Source: Schmidtea polychroa
Lineage: Eukaryota
Assembly: GCA_044892525.1 (NCBI GenBank)
Contig: CM097885.1
Coordinates: 50,656,001 to 50,720,000, forward strand
Reading direction: 5' to 3'
Length of the DNA: 64,000 bases
Shown: positions 23,100-36,102 of the stretch, piece by piece
Numbering within the stretch: the stretch's first letter is position 1
How the letters are laid out: the number at the start of each line of letters is the position of its first letter
The notes under the pieces: generated by a model
The model's input: the letters and a program-made list of their open reading frames with translations, nothing else
Databases searched by the model: none
Told to the model about the DNA's origin: nothing
Position numbers and translations under genes: made by a program

Positions 23100-24550
23100 T
23101 AGAGAAACGCCAACTCAATAAATTCAACATAAACGCGATATATTTCAATTGTACAACAATCTTCGTCAGGCCGCAATCTGGATAATCAATAATAAGACAT
23201 AAAATATGCAATATCTAAACAAATTAACTAATAATAATCATCTCCAAACTGTATCAAAAATTTAAAAAAAAATTATTTCAAAAAAAACATTTTAAAAAAC
23301 CAAACCATATTTTACATACATTTTTTTAAATTAAATTTTAATTTAATAACATTTAACATTCCACATAAAATTAACAAATTTAAAAAAATTACAAAGTTTA
23401 CAAAACACAAACATAATTATACCACAAACAAGACTCCAACCTTCATCCTTCAATTACTTAAACACATTCAAAATCTCCGTGGAACGGGCAACTTGATCAT
23501 TTATTTTTGGATTTAAATATCTAATCAACAATGCCTCACAAGTTACTCGTTCCCAATAATTACTTAAACCTTTTGAAATAATTTTAAAATCAGAGATACC
23601 TATTTTTTTACTGACACATTTCCTATTAGGTCGACAGTGTTCAAGAACTCGGGTGCAGAGATGACGGGCAGTCTCTCCAATGTATATGGCATTACACCCA
23701 TTACATGAAAATTGATACACAAGCTCAGAACACAAACCAATTGGCGTTGGACATTTACTACTAAACATACTGCTAACTTTGCAAGAAGTGGAAACAATCC
23801 TGAATTGATCCTTGTCTACATATTTGAGAATTTTATGTTTAAATTCTCTGAAACCCTCCGAATAAGGCAATACTAACACATATTTCGGCTCCATGCGATT
23901 AGATCGATTCTTGTCACTTTCCGAATTTAACATAGTACTTTCCTCAGGATCAATAGGTACCTCAGATTCAGACGTACGCATACCAACGTTATCAGATTTA
24001 AACATTAACTTAGCCACAGTCACTTTTGTCATCTTCTCAAGAAAAGATTTAGAGTAGCCATTTTTAAGTAACAACTCAACCAATACATCAATACTTTTTA
24101 CTGAATTAGCAAACGTGGAGGATAGTGACCAAGCACGAAACACTAATCCTCTCACCATATTCCATTTATATTTAAAATCACAAAAACTATCAGGCGTTGT
24201 ATATAAACCAGTATCCGTTGACTTTCTATATATTTCAGTCTCATAATGTTTCGATTTGCGTTGAATGAGTAAATCAAAAACGCAATCGATGACCCTTTTT
24301 CTTCCTCACATGTGAATTTATTATTCTTATGCAAATCAATCATAAAATTTAAAAACGGCATTACATGTTCACAAATCTCAAACACCAAAAAAATATCATC
24401 CACATACCGTTTGTACACACTAGGTTTAACAAGATGGCATGAAGACATTTTCTTTTCCAAAATAGACATAAAAATAGAAGCCATAGTTGGGGCTAATGGA
24501 GAACCCATAGCAACACCATCCACTTGTTTATACCATTCATTATTAAACAA
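23100..24550 (-). mobile_element. 5'-truncated Penelope-like retroelement (RT C-half, GIY-YIG endonuclease, 3' pLTR)
   Basis: YKQVDGVAMGSPLAP, YKRYVDDIF, LVYQFSCNGCNAIYIGETARHLCTRVLEH, EALLIR..NPKIN..LNVFK*; frameshifts near 24150-24280; AT-rich 3' UTR and hammerhead motif downstream. Confidence 0.93.
23134..23172 (-). ncRNA. Minimal type-I hammerhead ribozyme motif of the Penelope pLTR
   Basis: Minus strand GGC-CUGACGA-A-GAUUGU(UGU)ACAAUU-GAAA-UAUA-UC-GCG: core boxes, stem II, palindromic stem III and AUC site. Stem I is weak. Confidence 0.7.
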
Positions 24551-24565
24551 AAATAATTATTATAT

Positions 24566-24675
24566 ACAAATAAAAATAAAATACAAAAATAAAATATAAA
24601 TAAAATAAAATAAAATAAAAATATAAATAAAAATAAAATAAAATAAAATATAAAAATAAAATACAAAAATAAACA
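24566..24675. repeat. (AAAAT)n low-complexity tract at the Penelope/array junction
   Basis: Imperfect AAAAT/AAAAAT repeats. Confidence 0.85.
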
Positions 24676-24894
24676 TTATATACAACGCCTGATAGTTTAT
24701 GTGAGTTTTATTTATTAAACAATGTTGAATTAAATTATTTTTAATAATAAAAACTTTAATATTTTGGATTATTTAAATGTTAAAAAATAAATATTATAAT
24801 GTAATAATATGAAAAAGTGACAAAAAATAAACGCAAAACATAATTAGAAATTTTTAAAAGGCAAACTTAAAGAGAACTAAGGATGTGCAAAAAT

Positions 24895-25470
24895 TTAATA
24901 AAAATATTCAGTAATGGGATAAAGTAACAAGGATATAAACACTCCCCAAAATAAACCTAAAATCACTTGACGAAATAAAGTTGGTTTATTTCTATTTTCA
25001 TTTGTTTTATTATGAACTTCATTTACTATTTTTTTCTCAGGTAAACATTTTTCAGTTTTAAGGTTAAGATTTTTGTTTATTAAATTTATTTCTTTTTCTG
25101 TCATAACTTTACACATTGTGCACAATTCATATGTTTTATCAAGTCGACTTTTGTATTCATGATAATCTTGTTTGAATGTGATGGAAGATTTCGGAGAAAA
25201 TTTATTTAGAAGTGTTACATATTTTGATTGTTTGTCAATACAATTTTTACACAATATTGATGAAGTGGTTTTAATTAAGGTTTGACGCTTGAAAGGTCTT
25301 GAATTTAGATTTTCGTCAAACTGTTCAACAATTGTTTTGTTATAATCTCCATTTTCATTGAATCCATTATATTGATGACAATGAGGACAAGTGAAAGAAT
25401 TTCTTTTAAACACTTTTGTATTTTTTGCACAGAACCAGCAATTGACAAGCACTTTTATTTGAGAATTCAT
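24895..25470 (-). CDS. TMEM201: Truncated TMEM201/Ima1_N+TM ORF, array copy 1
   Basis: 191 aa; differs from the + copy by TIENR to TNENR. Confidence 0.85.
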   Translation of the reverse strand: MNSQIKVLVNCWFCAKNTKVFKRNSFTCPHCHQYNGFNENGDYNKTIVEQFDENLNSRPFKRQTLIKTTSSILCKNCIDKQSKYVTLLNKFSPKSSITFKQDYHEYKSRLDKTYELCTMCKVMTEKEINLINKNLNLKTEKCLPEKKIVNEVHNKTNENRNKPTLFRQVILGLFWGVFISLLLYPITEYFY

Positions 25471-25594
25471 TGTTATGATTAATTGTATTAGGTTTTTAAT
25501 TATATATTTATTGTAATAATCATTGTAATATTTATTTAATTAAATTGTATTTTCTTAAATTTAATTGGTTTCAAATATATATTTTTTAATTTTA

Positions 25595-25925
25595 AGAAAA
25601 CGCCAATCAAACATTCTTTTCACAATGTATTTCGACAGTTTTCCTGTCATCATCAGGTAGGATATAATAACTATATCAATTAAGGATTTTTAACAAATTT
25701 ATTAATTTTATTGATTATATAAAATAATTTTTAATAAAAATATTTCATTCTTTTTCAAAATTATAATTAAAATAATATATTGTATTTTAAATTTTAACAT
25801 TTAGAATTTAATATAATAATTTTATAAATTATCAATTATTTAATTTAACAATACAATATACAAAAACCTATTTAAAAACATTTTAAACACAAGTATTCAC
25901 TGAATTGTGCACATTAAACGGTTTT
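25595..25925 (-). mobile_element. Penelope-type pLTR fragment present in every array unit
   Basis: Minus strand reads ...NVHNSVNTCV*NVFK* (compare STEILNVFK* at 23454), then an AT-rich UTR, the hammerhead and TTGGCGTTT (also after the 23134 hammerhead). Absent from the homologous upstream region of the + copy. Confidence 0.7.
25621..25659 (-). ncRNA. Minimal type-I hammerhead ribozyme motif, one per array unit (19 copies)
   Basis: UAC-CUGAUGA-U-GACAG(GAAAA)CUGUC-GAAA-UACA-UU-GUG. Further copies start at 27820, 29926, 32029, 34144, 36253, 38356, 40477, 42604, 44725, 46828, 48943, 51052, 53167, 55294, 57406, 59587, 61708 and 63831. Confidence 0.72.
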
Positions 25926-26359
25926 TTGTAAATTGGTTTAGTTTTCAAAAAAGAAGGTCAACGATTTTGAAGGTATTTGCTACTAATAATGAGATTTATT
26001 CTATGTGAATATGTTACTCATTTAGAAACCAGATAAACATGCACAGTTCGCAATTTTCTGTTAAATTAAAGTAATAATTTTTAAATAAGTAAATTAATAT
26101 AAAAAAAAGTTAAAGTTAAAAATTTTAAATTAAAGTAAATTAATAAATAAAAGTAAGCAAGATTTTTAAATTTATTAACAAAAAGATTGAATAACCACAA
26201 ACATTTTGAGAAATTTAATTTTTTAATAGAAATTTTAATGGAATATTTTTTTAGTCAATTTTTGTAAAAACATTTTATGAAATATTTTCTTAAGAAAATT
26301 TTTAATAGAAATTTTAATGGAATAATTTTGAAAGACAAATTTAAATGCAAATTTCAAAG

Positions 26360-26410
<51 letters not shown>

Positions 26411-26461
26411 GTAATAATAGTAATAATAATAGTAATAATAATAGTAATAATAATAATAATT

Positions 26462-26494
<33 letters not shown>

Positions 26495-26595
26495 GTAATA
26501 ATAGTAATAATAATAGTAATAATAATAGTAATAATAATAATAATTTTAATAATAATAATAATAATTATATTAATAATAATAATAATAATAATAAT
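26360..26595. repeat. Compound (TAA)n microsatellite, one variable-length copy per unit
   Basis: TAA repeats with TAG/TTT/TTA interruptions; source of the poly-Ile ORFs. Confidence 0.95.
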
Positions 26596-27093
26596 TGGTC
26601 GAGGCTATGAACTTTTCATAGATCTCTTCATACATTTATTGGTTAGAGGTTTGACCTTATGTAACCTTTGGAAATTCGTTATATCGATACATTTAAAACC
26701 ACTACAAAACAAGCACTTTTAATATTCATCAAGATTAGTGTCGAAATAATTTATTTATGCCTAAATGCTATTTTAAAGCATTTTACCCATATACTATTGT
26801 AATCTGTTTCGTATATTTTATATATTTTTTAATTTAATTTAATTTATTTAAGTATATTACGTATATTTTTACTTTTTTATCAAAACAATTTAATTAAAAA
26901 TTGCTTTTATTTATTAAACAATGTTGAATTAAATTATTTTTAATAATAAAAACTTTAATATTTTGGATTATTTAAATGTTAAAAAATAAATATTATAATG
27001 TAATAATATGAAAAAGTGACAAAAAATAAACGCAAAACATAATTAGAAATTTTTAAAAGGCAAACTTAAAGAGAACTAAGGATGTGCAAAAAT

Positions 27094-27669
27094 TTAATAA
27101 AAATATTCAGTAATGGGATAAAGTAACAAGGATATAAACACTCCCCAAAATAAACCTAAAATCACTTGACGAAATAAAGTTGGTTTATTTCTATTTTCAT
27201 TTGTTTTATTATGAACTTCATTTACTATTTTTTTCTCAGGTAAACATTTTTCAGTTTTAAGGTTAAGATTTTTGTTTATTAAATTTATTTCTTTTTCTGT
27301 CATAACTTTACACATTGTGCACAATTCATATGTTTTATCAAGTCGACTTTTGTATTCATGATAATCTTGTTTGAATGTGATGGAAGATTTCGGAGAAAAT
27401 TTATTTAGAAGTGTTACATATTTTGATTGTTTGTCAATACAATTTTTACACAATATTGATGAAGTGGTTTTAATTAAGGTTTGACGCTTGAAAGGTCTTG
27501 AATTTAGATTTTCGTCAAACTGTTCAACAATTGTTTTGTTATAATCTCCATTTTCATTGAATCCATTATATTGATGACAATGAGGACAAGTGAAAGAATT
27601 TCTTTTAAACACTTTTGTATTTTTTGCACAGAACCAGCAATTGACAAGCACTTTTATTTGAGAATTCAT
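27094..27669 (-). CDS. TMEM201: Truncated TMEM201/Ima1_N+TM ORF, array copy 2
   Basis: Identical 191-aa protein. Confidence 0.85.
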   Translation of the reverse strand: MNSQIKVLVNCWFCAKNTKVFKRNSFTCPHCHQYNGFNENGDYNKTIVEQFDENLNSRPFKRQTLIKTTSSILCKNCIDKQSKYVTLLNKFSPKSSITFKQDYHEYKSRLDKTYELCTMCKVMTEKEINLINKNLNLKTEKCLPEKKIVNEVHNKTNENRNKPTLFRQVILGLFWGVFISLLLYPITEYFY

Positions 27670-28558
27670 TGTTATGATTAATTGTATTAGGTTTTTAATT
27701 ATATATTTATTGTAATAATCATTGTAATATTTATTTAATTAAATTGTATTTTCTTAAATTTAATTGGTTTCAAATATATATTTTTTAATTTTAAGAAAAC
27801 GCCAATCAAACATTCTTTTCACAATGTATTTCGACAGTTTTCCTGTCATCATCAGGTAGGATATAATAACTATATCAATTAAGGATTTTTAACAAATTTA
27901 TTAATTTTATTGATTATATAAAATAATTTTTAATAAAAATATTTCATTCTTTTTCAAAATTATAATTAAAATAATATATTGTATTTTAAATTTTAACATT
28001 TAGAATTTAATATAATAATTTTATAAATTATCAATTATTTAATTTAACAATACAATATACAAAAACCTATTTAAAAACATTTTAAACACAAGTATTCACT
28101 GAATTCTGCACATTAAACGGTTTTTTGTAAATTGGTTTAGTTTTCAAAAAAGAAGGTCAACGATTTTGAAGGTATTTGCTACTAATAATGAGATTTATTC
28201 TATGTGAATATGTTACTCATTTAGAAACCAGATAAACATGCACAGTTCGCAATTTTCTGTTAAATTAAAGTAATAATTTTTAAATAAGTAAATTAATATA
28301 AAAAAAAGTTAAAGTTAAAAATTTTAAATTAAAGTAAATTAATAAATAAAAGTAAGCAAGATTTTTAAATTTATTAACAAAAAGATTGAATAACCACAAA
28401 CATTTTGAGAAATTTAATTTTTTAATAGAAATTTTAATGGAATATTTTTTTAGTCAATTTTTGTAAAAACATTTTATGAAATATTTTCTTAAGAAAATTT
28501 TTAATAGAAATTTTAATGGAATAATTTTGAAAGACAAATTTAAATGCAAATTTCAAAG

Positions 28559-28609
<51 letters not shown>

Positions 28610-29199
28610 GTAATAATAGTAATAATAATAGTAATAATAATAATAATTTTAATAATAATAATAATAATTATATTAATAATAATAATAATAATAATAATAA
28701 TTGGTCGAGGCTATGAACTTTTCATAGATCTCTTCATACATTTATTGGTTAGAGGTTTGACCTTATGTAACCTTTGGAAATTCGTTATATCGATACATTT
28801 AAAACCACTACAAAACAAGCACTTTTAATATTCATCAAGATTAGTGTCGAAATAATTTATTTATGCCTAAATGCTATTTTAAAGCATTTTACCCATATAC
28901 TATTGTAATCTGTTTCGTATATTTTATATATTTTTTAATTTAATTTAATTTATTTAAGTATATTACGTATATTTTTACTTTTTTATCAAAACAATTTAAT
29001 TAAAAATTGCTTTTATTTATTAAACAATGTTGAATTAAATTATTTTTAATAATAAAAACTTTAATATTTTGGATTATTTAAATGTTAAAAAATAAATATT
29101 ATAATGTAATAATATGAAAAAGTGACAAAAAATAAACGCAAAACATAATTAGAAATTTTTAAAAGGCAAACTTAAAGAGAACTAAGGATGTGCAAAAAT

Positions 29200-29775
29200 T
29201 TAATAAAAATATTCAGTAATGGGATAAAGTAACAAGGATATAAACACTCCCCAAAATAAACCTAAAATCACTTGACGAAATAAAGTTGGTTTATTTCTAT
29301 TTTCATTTGTTTTATTATGAACTTCATTTACTATTTTTTTCTCAGGTAAACATTTTTCAGTTTTAAGGTTAAGATTTTTGTTTATTAAATTTATTTCTTT
29401 TTCTGTCATAACTTTACACATTGTGCACAATTCATATGTTTTATCAAGTCGACTTTTGTATTCATGATAATCTTGTTTGAATGTGATGGAAGATTTCGGA
29501 GAAAATTTATTTAGAAGTGTTACATATTTTGATTGTTTGTCAATACAATTTTTACACAATATTGATGAAGTGGTTTTAATTAAGGTTTGACGCTTGAAAG
29601 GTCTTGAATTTAGATTTTCGTCAAACTGTTCAACAATTGTTTTGTTATAATCTCCATTTTCATTGAATCCATTATATTGATGACAATGAGGACAAGTGAA
29701 AGAATTTCTTTTAAACACTTTTGTATTTTTTGCACAGAACCAGCAATTGACAAGCACTTTTATTTGAGAATTCAT
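29200..29775 (-). CDS. TMEM201: Truncated TMEM201/Ima1_N+TM ORF, array copy 3
   Basis: Identical 191-aa protein. Confidence 0.85.
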   Translation of the reverse strand: MNSQIKVLVNCWFCAKNTKVFKRNSFTCPHCHQYNGFNENGDYNKTIVEQFDENLNSRPFKRQTLIKTTSSILCKNCIDKQSKYVTLLNKFSPKSSITFKQDYHEYKSRLDKTYELCTMCKVMTEKEINLINKNLNLKTEKCLPEKKIVNEVHNKTNENRNKPTLFRQVILGLFWGVFISLLLYPITEYFY

Positions 29776-30664
29776 TGTTATGATTAATTGTATTAGGTTT
29801 TTAATTATATATTTATTGTAATAATCATTGTAATATTTATTTAATTAAATTGTATTTTCTTAAATTTAATTGGTTTCAAATATATATTTTTTAATTTTAA
29901 GAAAACGCCAATCAAACATTCTTTTCACAATGTATTTCGACAGTTTTCCTGTCATCATCAGGTAGGATATAATAACTATATCAATTAAGGATTTTTAACA
30001 AATTTATTAATTTTATTGATTATATAAAATAATTTTTAATAAAAATATTTCATTCTTTTTCAAAATTATAATTAAAATAATATATTGTATTTTAAATTTT
30101 AACATTTAGAATTTAATATAATAATTTTATAAATTATCAATTATTTAATTTAACAATACAATATACAAAAACCTATTTAAAAACATTTTAAACACAAGTA
30201 TTCACTGAATTCTGCACATTAAACGGTTTTTTGTAAATTGCTTTAGTTTTCAAAAAAGAAGGTCAACGATTTTGAAGGTATTTGCTACTAATAATGAGAT
30301 TTATTCTATGTGAATATGTTACTCATTTAGAAACCAGATAAACATGCACAGTTCGCAATTTTCTGTTAAATTAAAGTAATAATTTTTAAATAAGTAAATT
30401 AATATAAAAAAAAGTTAAAGTTAAAAATTTTAAATTAAAGTAAATTAATAAATAAAAGTAAGCAAGATTTTTAAATTTATTAACAAAAAGATTGAATAAC
30501 CACAAACATTTTGAGAAATTTAATTTTTTAATAGAAATTTTAATGGAATATTTTTTTAGTCAATTTTTGTAAAAACATTTTATGAAATATTTTCTTAAGA
30601 AAATTTTTAATAGAAATTTTAATGGAATAATTTTGAAAGACAAATTTAAATGCAAATTTCAAAG

Positions 30665-30700
<36 letters not shown>

Positions 30701-31302
30701 GTAATAATAGTAATAATAATAGTAATAATAATAGTAATAATAATAATAATTTTAATAATAATAATAATAATTATATTAATAATAATAATAATAATAATAA
30801 TAATTGGTCGAGGCTATGAACTTTTCATAGATCTCTTCATACATTTATTGGTTAGAGGTTTGACCTTATGTAACCTTTGGAAATTCGTTATATCGATACA
30901 TTTAAAACCACTACAAAACAAGCACTTTTAATATTCATCAAGATTAGTGTCGAAATAATTTATTTATGCCTAAATGCTATTTTAAAGCATTTTACCCATA
31001 TACTATTGTAATCTGTTTCGTATATTTTATATATTTTTTAATTTAATTTAATTTATTTAAGTATATTACGTATATTTTTACTTTTTTATCAAAACAATTT
31101 AATTAAAAATTGCTTTTATTTATTAAACAATGTTGAATTAAATTATTTTTAATAATAAAAACTTTAATATTTTGGATTATTTAAATGTTAAAAAATAAAT
31201 ATTATAATGTAATAATATGAAAAAGTGACAAAAAATAAACGCAAAACATAATTAGAAATTTTTAAAAGGCAAACTTAAAGAGAACTAAGGATGTGCAAAA
31301 AT

Positions 31303-31878
31303 TTAATAAAAATATTCAGTAATGGGATAAAGTAACAAGGATATAAACACTCCCCAAAATAAACCTAAAATCACTTGACGAAATAAAGTTGGTTTATTTC
31401 TATTTTCATTTGTTTTATTATGAACTTCATTTACTATTTTTTTCTCAGGTAAACATTTTTCAGTTTTAAGGTTAAGATTTTTGTTTATTAAATTTATTTC
31501 TTTTTCTGTCATAACTTTACACATTGTGCACAATTCATATGTTTTATCAAGTCGACTTTTGTATTCATGATAATCTTGTTTGAATGTGATGGAAGATTTC
31601 GGAGAAAATTTATTTAGAAGTGTTACATATTTTGATTGTTTGTCAATACAATTTTTACACAATATTGATGAAGTGGTTTTAATTAAGGTTTGACGCTTGA
31701 AAGGTCTTGAATTTAGATTTTCGTCAAACTGTTCAACAATTGTTTTGTTATAATCTCCATTTTCATTGAATCCATTATATTGATGACAATGAGGACAAGT
31801 GAAAGAATTTCTTTTAAACACTTTTGTATTTTTTGCACAGAACCAGCAATTGACAAGCACTTTTATTTGAGAATTCAT
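31303..31878 (-). CDS. TMEM201: Truncated TMEM201/Ima1_N+TM ORF, array copy 4
   Basis: Identical 191-aa protein. Confidence 0.85.
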   Translation of the reverse strand: MNSQIKVLVNCWFCAKNTKVFKRNSFTCPHCHQYNGFNENGDYNKTIVEQFDENLNSRPFKRQTLIKTTSSILCKNCIDKQSKYVTLLNKFSPKSSITFKQDYHEYKSRLDKTYELCTMCKVMTEKEINLINKNLNLKTEKCLPEKKIVNEVHNKTNENRNKPTLFRQVILGLFWGVFISLLLYPITEYFY

Positions 31879-32767
31879 TGTTATGATTAATTGTATTAGG
31901 TTTTTAATTATATATTTATTGTAATAATCATTGTAATATTTATTTAATTAAATTGTATTTTCTTAAATTTAATTGGTTTCAAATATATATTTTTTAATTT
32001 TAAGAAAACGCCAATCAAACATTCTTTTCACAATGTATTTCGACAGTTTTCCTGTCATCATCAGGTAGGATATAATAACTATATCAATTAAGGATTTTTA
32101 ACAAATTTATTAATTTTATTGATTATATAAAATAATTTTTAATAAAAATATTTCATTCTTTTTCAAAATTATAATTAAAATAATATATTGTATTTTAAAT
32201 TTTAACATTTAGAATTTAATATAATAATTTTATAAATTATCAATTATTTAATTTAACAATACAATATACAAAAACCTATTTAAAAACATTTTAAACACAA
32301 GTATTCACTGAATTCTGCACATTAAACGGTTTTTTGTAAATTGGTTTAGTTTTCAAAAAAGAAGGTCAACGATTTTGAAGGTATTTGCTACTAATAATGA
32401 GATTTATTCTATGTGAATATGTTACTCATTTAGAAACCAGATAAACATGCACAGTTCGCAATTTTCTGTTAAATTAAAGTAATAATTTTTAAATAAGTAA
32501 ATTAATATAAAAAAAAGTTAAAGTTAAAAATTTTAAATTAAAGTAAATTAATAAATAAAAGTAAGCAAGATTTTTAAATTTATTAACAAAAAGATTGAAT
32601 AACCACAAACATTTTGAGAAATTTAATTTTTTAATAGAAATTTTAATGGAATATTTTTTTAGTCAATTTTTGTAAAAACATTTTATGAAATATTTTCTTA
32701 AGAAAATTTTTAATAGAAATTTTAATGGAATAATTTTGAAAGACAAATTTAAATGCAAATTTCAAAG

Positions 32768-32827
<60 letters not shown>

Positions 32828-33417
32828 GTAATAATAGTAATAATAATAGTAATAATAATAATAATTTTAATAATAATAATAATAATTATATTAATAATAA
32901 TAATAATAATAATAATAATTGGTCGAGGCTATGAACTTTTCATAGATCTCTTCATACATTTATTGGTTAGAGGTTTGACCTTATGTAACCTTTGGAAATT
33001 CGTTATATCGATACATTTAAAACCACTACAAAACAAGCACTTTTAATATTCATCAAGATTAGTGTCGAAATAATTTATTTATGCCTAAATGCTATTTTAA
33101 AGCATTTTACCCATATACTATTGTAATCTGTTTCGTATATTTTATATATTTTTTAATTTAATTTAATTTATTTAAGTATATTACGTATATTTTTACTTTT
33201 TTATCAAAACAATTTAATTAAAAATTGCTTTTATTTATTAAACAATGTTGAATTAAATTATTTTTAATAATAAAAACTTTAATATTTTGGATTATTTAAA
33301 TGTTAAAAAATAAATATTATAATGTAATAATATGAAAAAGTGACAAAAAATAAACGCAAAACATAATTAGAAATTTTTAAAAGGCAAACTTAAAGAGAAC
33401 TAAGGATGTGCAAAAAT

Positions 33418-33993
33418 TTAATAAAAATATTCAGTAATGGGATAAAGTAACAAGGATATAAACACTCCCCAAAATAAACCTAAAATCACTTGACGAAATA
33501 AAGTTGGTTTATTTCTATTTTCATTTGTTTTATTATGAACTTCATTTACTATTTTTTTCTCAGGTAAACATTTTTCAGTTTTAAGGTTAAGATTTTTGTT
33601 TATTAAATTTATTTCTTTTTCTGTCATAACTTTACACATTGTGCACAATTCATATGTTTTATCAAGTCGACTTTTGTATTCATGATAATCTTGTTTGAAT
33701 GTGATGGAAGATTTCGGAGAAAATTTATTTAGAAGTGTTACATATTTTGATTGTTTGTCAATACAATTTTTACACAATATTGATGAAGTGGTTTTAATTA
33801 AGGTTTGACGCTTGAAAGGTCTTGAATTTAGATTTTCGTCAAACTGTTCAACAATTGTTTTGTTATAATCTCCATTTTCATTGAATCCATTATATTGATG
33901 ACAATGAGGACAAGTGAAAGAATTTCTTTTAAACACTTTTGTATTTTTTGCACAGAACCAGCAATTGACAAGCACTTTTATTTGAGAATTCAT
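33418..33993 (-). CDS. TMEM201: Truncated TMEM201/Ima1_N+TM ORF, array copy 5
   Basis: Identical 191-aa protein. Confidence 0.85.
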   Translation of the reverse strand: MNSQIKVLVNCWFCAKNTKVFKRNSFTCPHCHQYNGFNENGDYNKTIVEQFDENLNSRPFKRQTLIKTTSSILCKNCIDKQSKYVTLLNKFSPKSSITFKQDYHEYKSRLDKTYELCTMCKVMTEKEINLINKNLNLKTEKCLPEKKIVNEVHNKTNENRNKPTLFRQVILGLFWGVFISLLLYPITEYFY

Positions 33994-34882
33994 TGTTATG
34001 ATTAATTGTATTAGGTTTTTAATTATATATTTATTGTAATAATCATTGTAATATTTATTTAATTAAATTGTATTTTCTTAAATTTAATTGGTTTCAAATA
34101 TATATTTTTTAATTTTAAGAAAACGCCAATCAAACATTCTTTTCACAATGTATTTCGACAGTTTTCCTGTCATCATCAGGTAGGATATAATAACTATATC
34201 AATTAAGGATTTTTAACAAATTTATTAATTTTATTGATTATATAAAATAATTTTTAATAAAAATATTTCATTCTTTTTCAAAATTATAATTAAAATAATA
34301 TATTGTATTTTAAATTTTAACATTTAGAATTTAATATAATAATTTTATAAATTATCAATTATTTAATTTAACAATACAATATACAAAAACCTATTTAAAA
34401 ACATTTTAAACACAAGTATTCACTGAATTCTGCACATTAAACGGTTTTTTGTAAATTGCTTTAGTTTTCAAAAAAGAAGGTCAACGATTTTGAAGGTATT
34501 TGCTACTAATAATGAGATTTATTCTATGTGAATATGTTACTCATTTAGAAACCAGATAAACATGCACAGTTCGCAATTTTCTGTTAAATTAAAGTAATAA
34601 TTTTTAAATAAGTAAATTAATATAAAAAAAAGTTAAAGTTAAAAATTTTAAATTAAAGTAAATTAATAAATAAAAGTAAGCAAGATTTTTAAATTTATTA
34701 ACAAAAAGATTGAATAACCACAAACATTTTGAGAAATTTAATTTTTTAATAGAAATTTTAATGGAATATTTTTTTAGTCAATTTTTGTAAAAACATTTTA
34801 TGAAATATTTTCTTAAGAAAATTTTTAATAGAAATTTTAATGGAATAATTTTGAAAGACAAATTTAAATGCAAATTTCAAAG

Positions 34883-34936
<54 letters not shown>

Positions 34937-35526
34937 GTAATAATAGTAATAATAATAGTAATAATAATAATAATTTTAATAATAATAATAATAATTATAT
35001 TAATAATAATAATAATAATAATAATAATTGGTCGAGGCTATGAACTTTTCATAGATCTCTTCATACATTTATTGGTTAGAGGTTTGACCTTATGTAACCT
35101 TTGGAAATTCGTTATATCGATACATTTAAAACCACTACAAAACAAGCACTTTTAATATTCATCAAGATTAGTGTCGAAATAATTTATTTATGCCTAAATG
35201 CTATTTTAAAGCATTTTACCCATATACTATTGTAATCTGTTTCGTATATTTTATATATTTTTTAATTTAATTTAATTTATTTAAGTATATTACGTATATT
35301 TTTACTTTTTTATCAAAACAATTTAATTAAAAATTGCTTTTATTTATTAAACAATGTTGAATTAAATTATTTTTAATAATAAAAACTTTAATATTTTGGA
35401 TTATTTAAATGTTAAAAAATAAATATTATAATGTAATAATATGAAAAAGTGACAAAAAATAAACGCAAAACATAATTAGAAATTTTTAAAAGGCAAACTT
35501 AAAGAGAACTAAGGATGTGCAAAAAT

Positions 35527-36102
35527 TTAATAAAAATATTCAGTAATGGGATAAAGTAACAAGGATATAAACACTCCCCAAAATAAACCTAAAATCACTT
35601 GACGAAATAAAGTTGGTTTATTTCTATTTTCATTTGTTTTATTATGAACTTCATTTACTATTTTTTTCTCAGGTAAACATTTTTCAGTTTTAAGGTTAAG
35701 ATTTTTGTTTATTAAATTTATTTCTTTTTCTGTCATAACTTTACACATTGTGCACAATTCATATGTTTTATCAAGTCGACTTTTGTATTCATGATAATCT
35801 TGTTTGAATGTGATGGAAGATTTCGGAGAAAATTTATTTAGAAGTGTTACATATTTTGATTGTTTGTCAATACAATTTTTACACAATATTGATGAAGTGG
35901 TTTTAATTAAGGTTTGACGCTTGAAAGGTCTTGAATTTAGATTTTCGTCAAACTGTTCAACAATTGTTTTGTTATAATCTCCATTTTCATTGAATCCATT
36001 ATATTGATGACAATGAGGACAAGTGAAAGAATTTCTTTTAAACACTTTTGTATTTTTTGCACAGAACCAGCAATTGACAAGCACTTTTATTTGAGAATTC
36101 AT
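35527..36102 (-). CDS. TMEM201: Truncated TMEM201/Ima1_N+TM ORF, array copy 6
   Basis: Identical 191-aa protein. Confidence 0.85.
   Translation of the reverse strand: MNSQIKVLVNCWFCAKNTKVFKRNSFTCPHCHQYNGFNENGDYNKTIVEQFDENLNSRPFKRQTLIKTTSSILCKNCIDKQSKYVTLLNKFSPKSSITFKQDYHEYKSRLDKTYELCTMCKVMTEKEINLINKNLNLKTEKCLPEKKIVNEVHNKTNENRNKPTLFRQVILGLFWGVFISLLLYPITEYFY

Noticed and set aside
26345..26722. Poly-Ile ORFs (MQISKIIII...) in every array unit
   Set aside because: Translation of the (TAA)n microsatellite; length varies freely and there is no domain signal.
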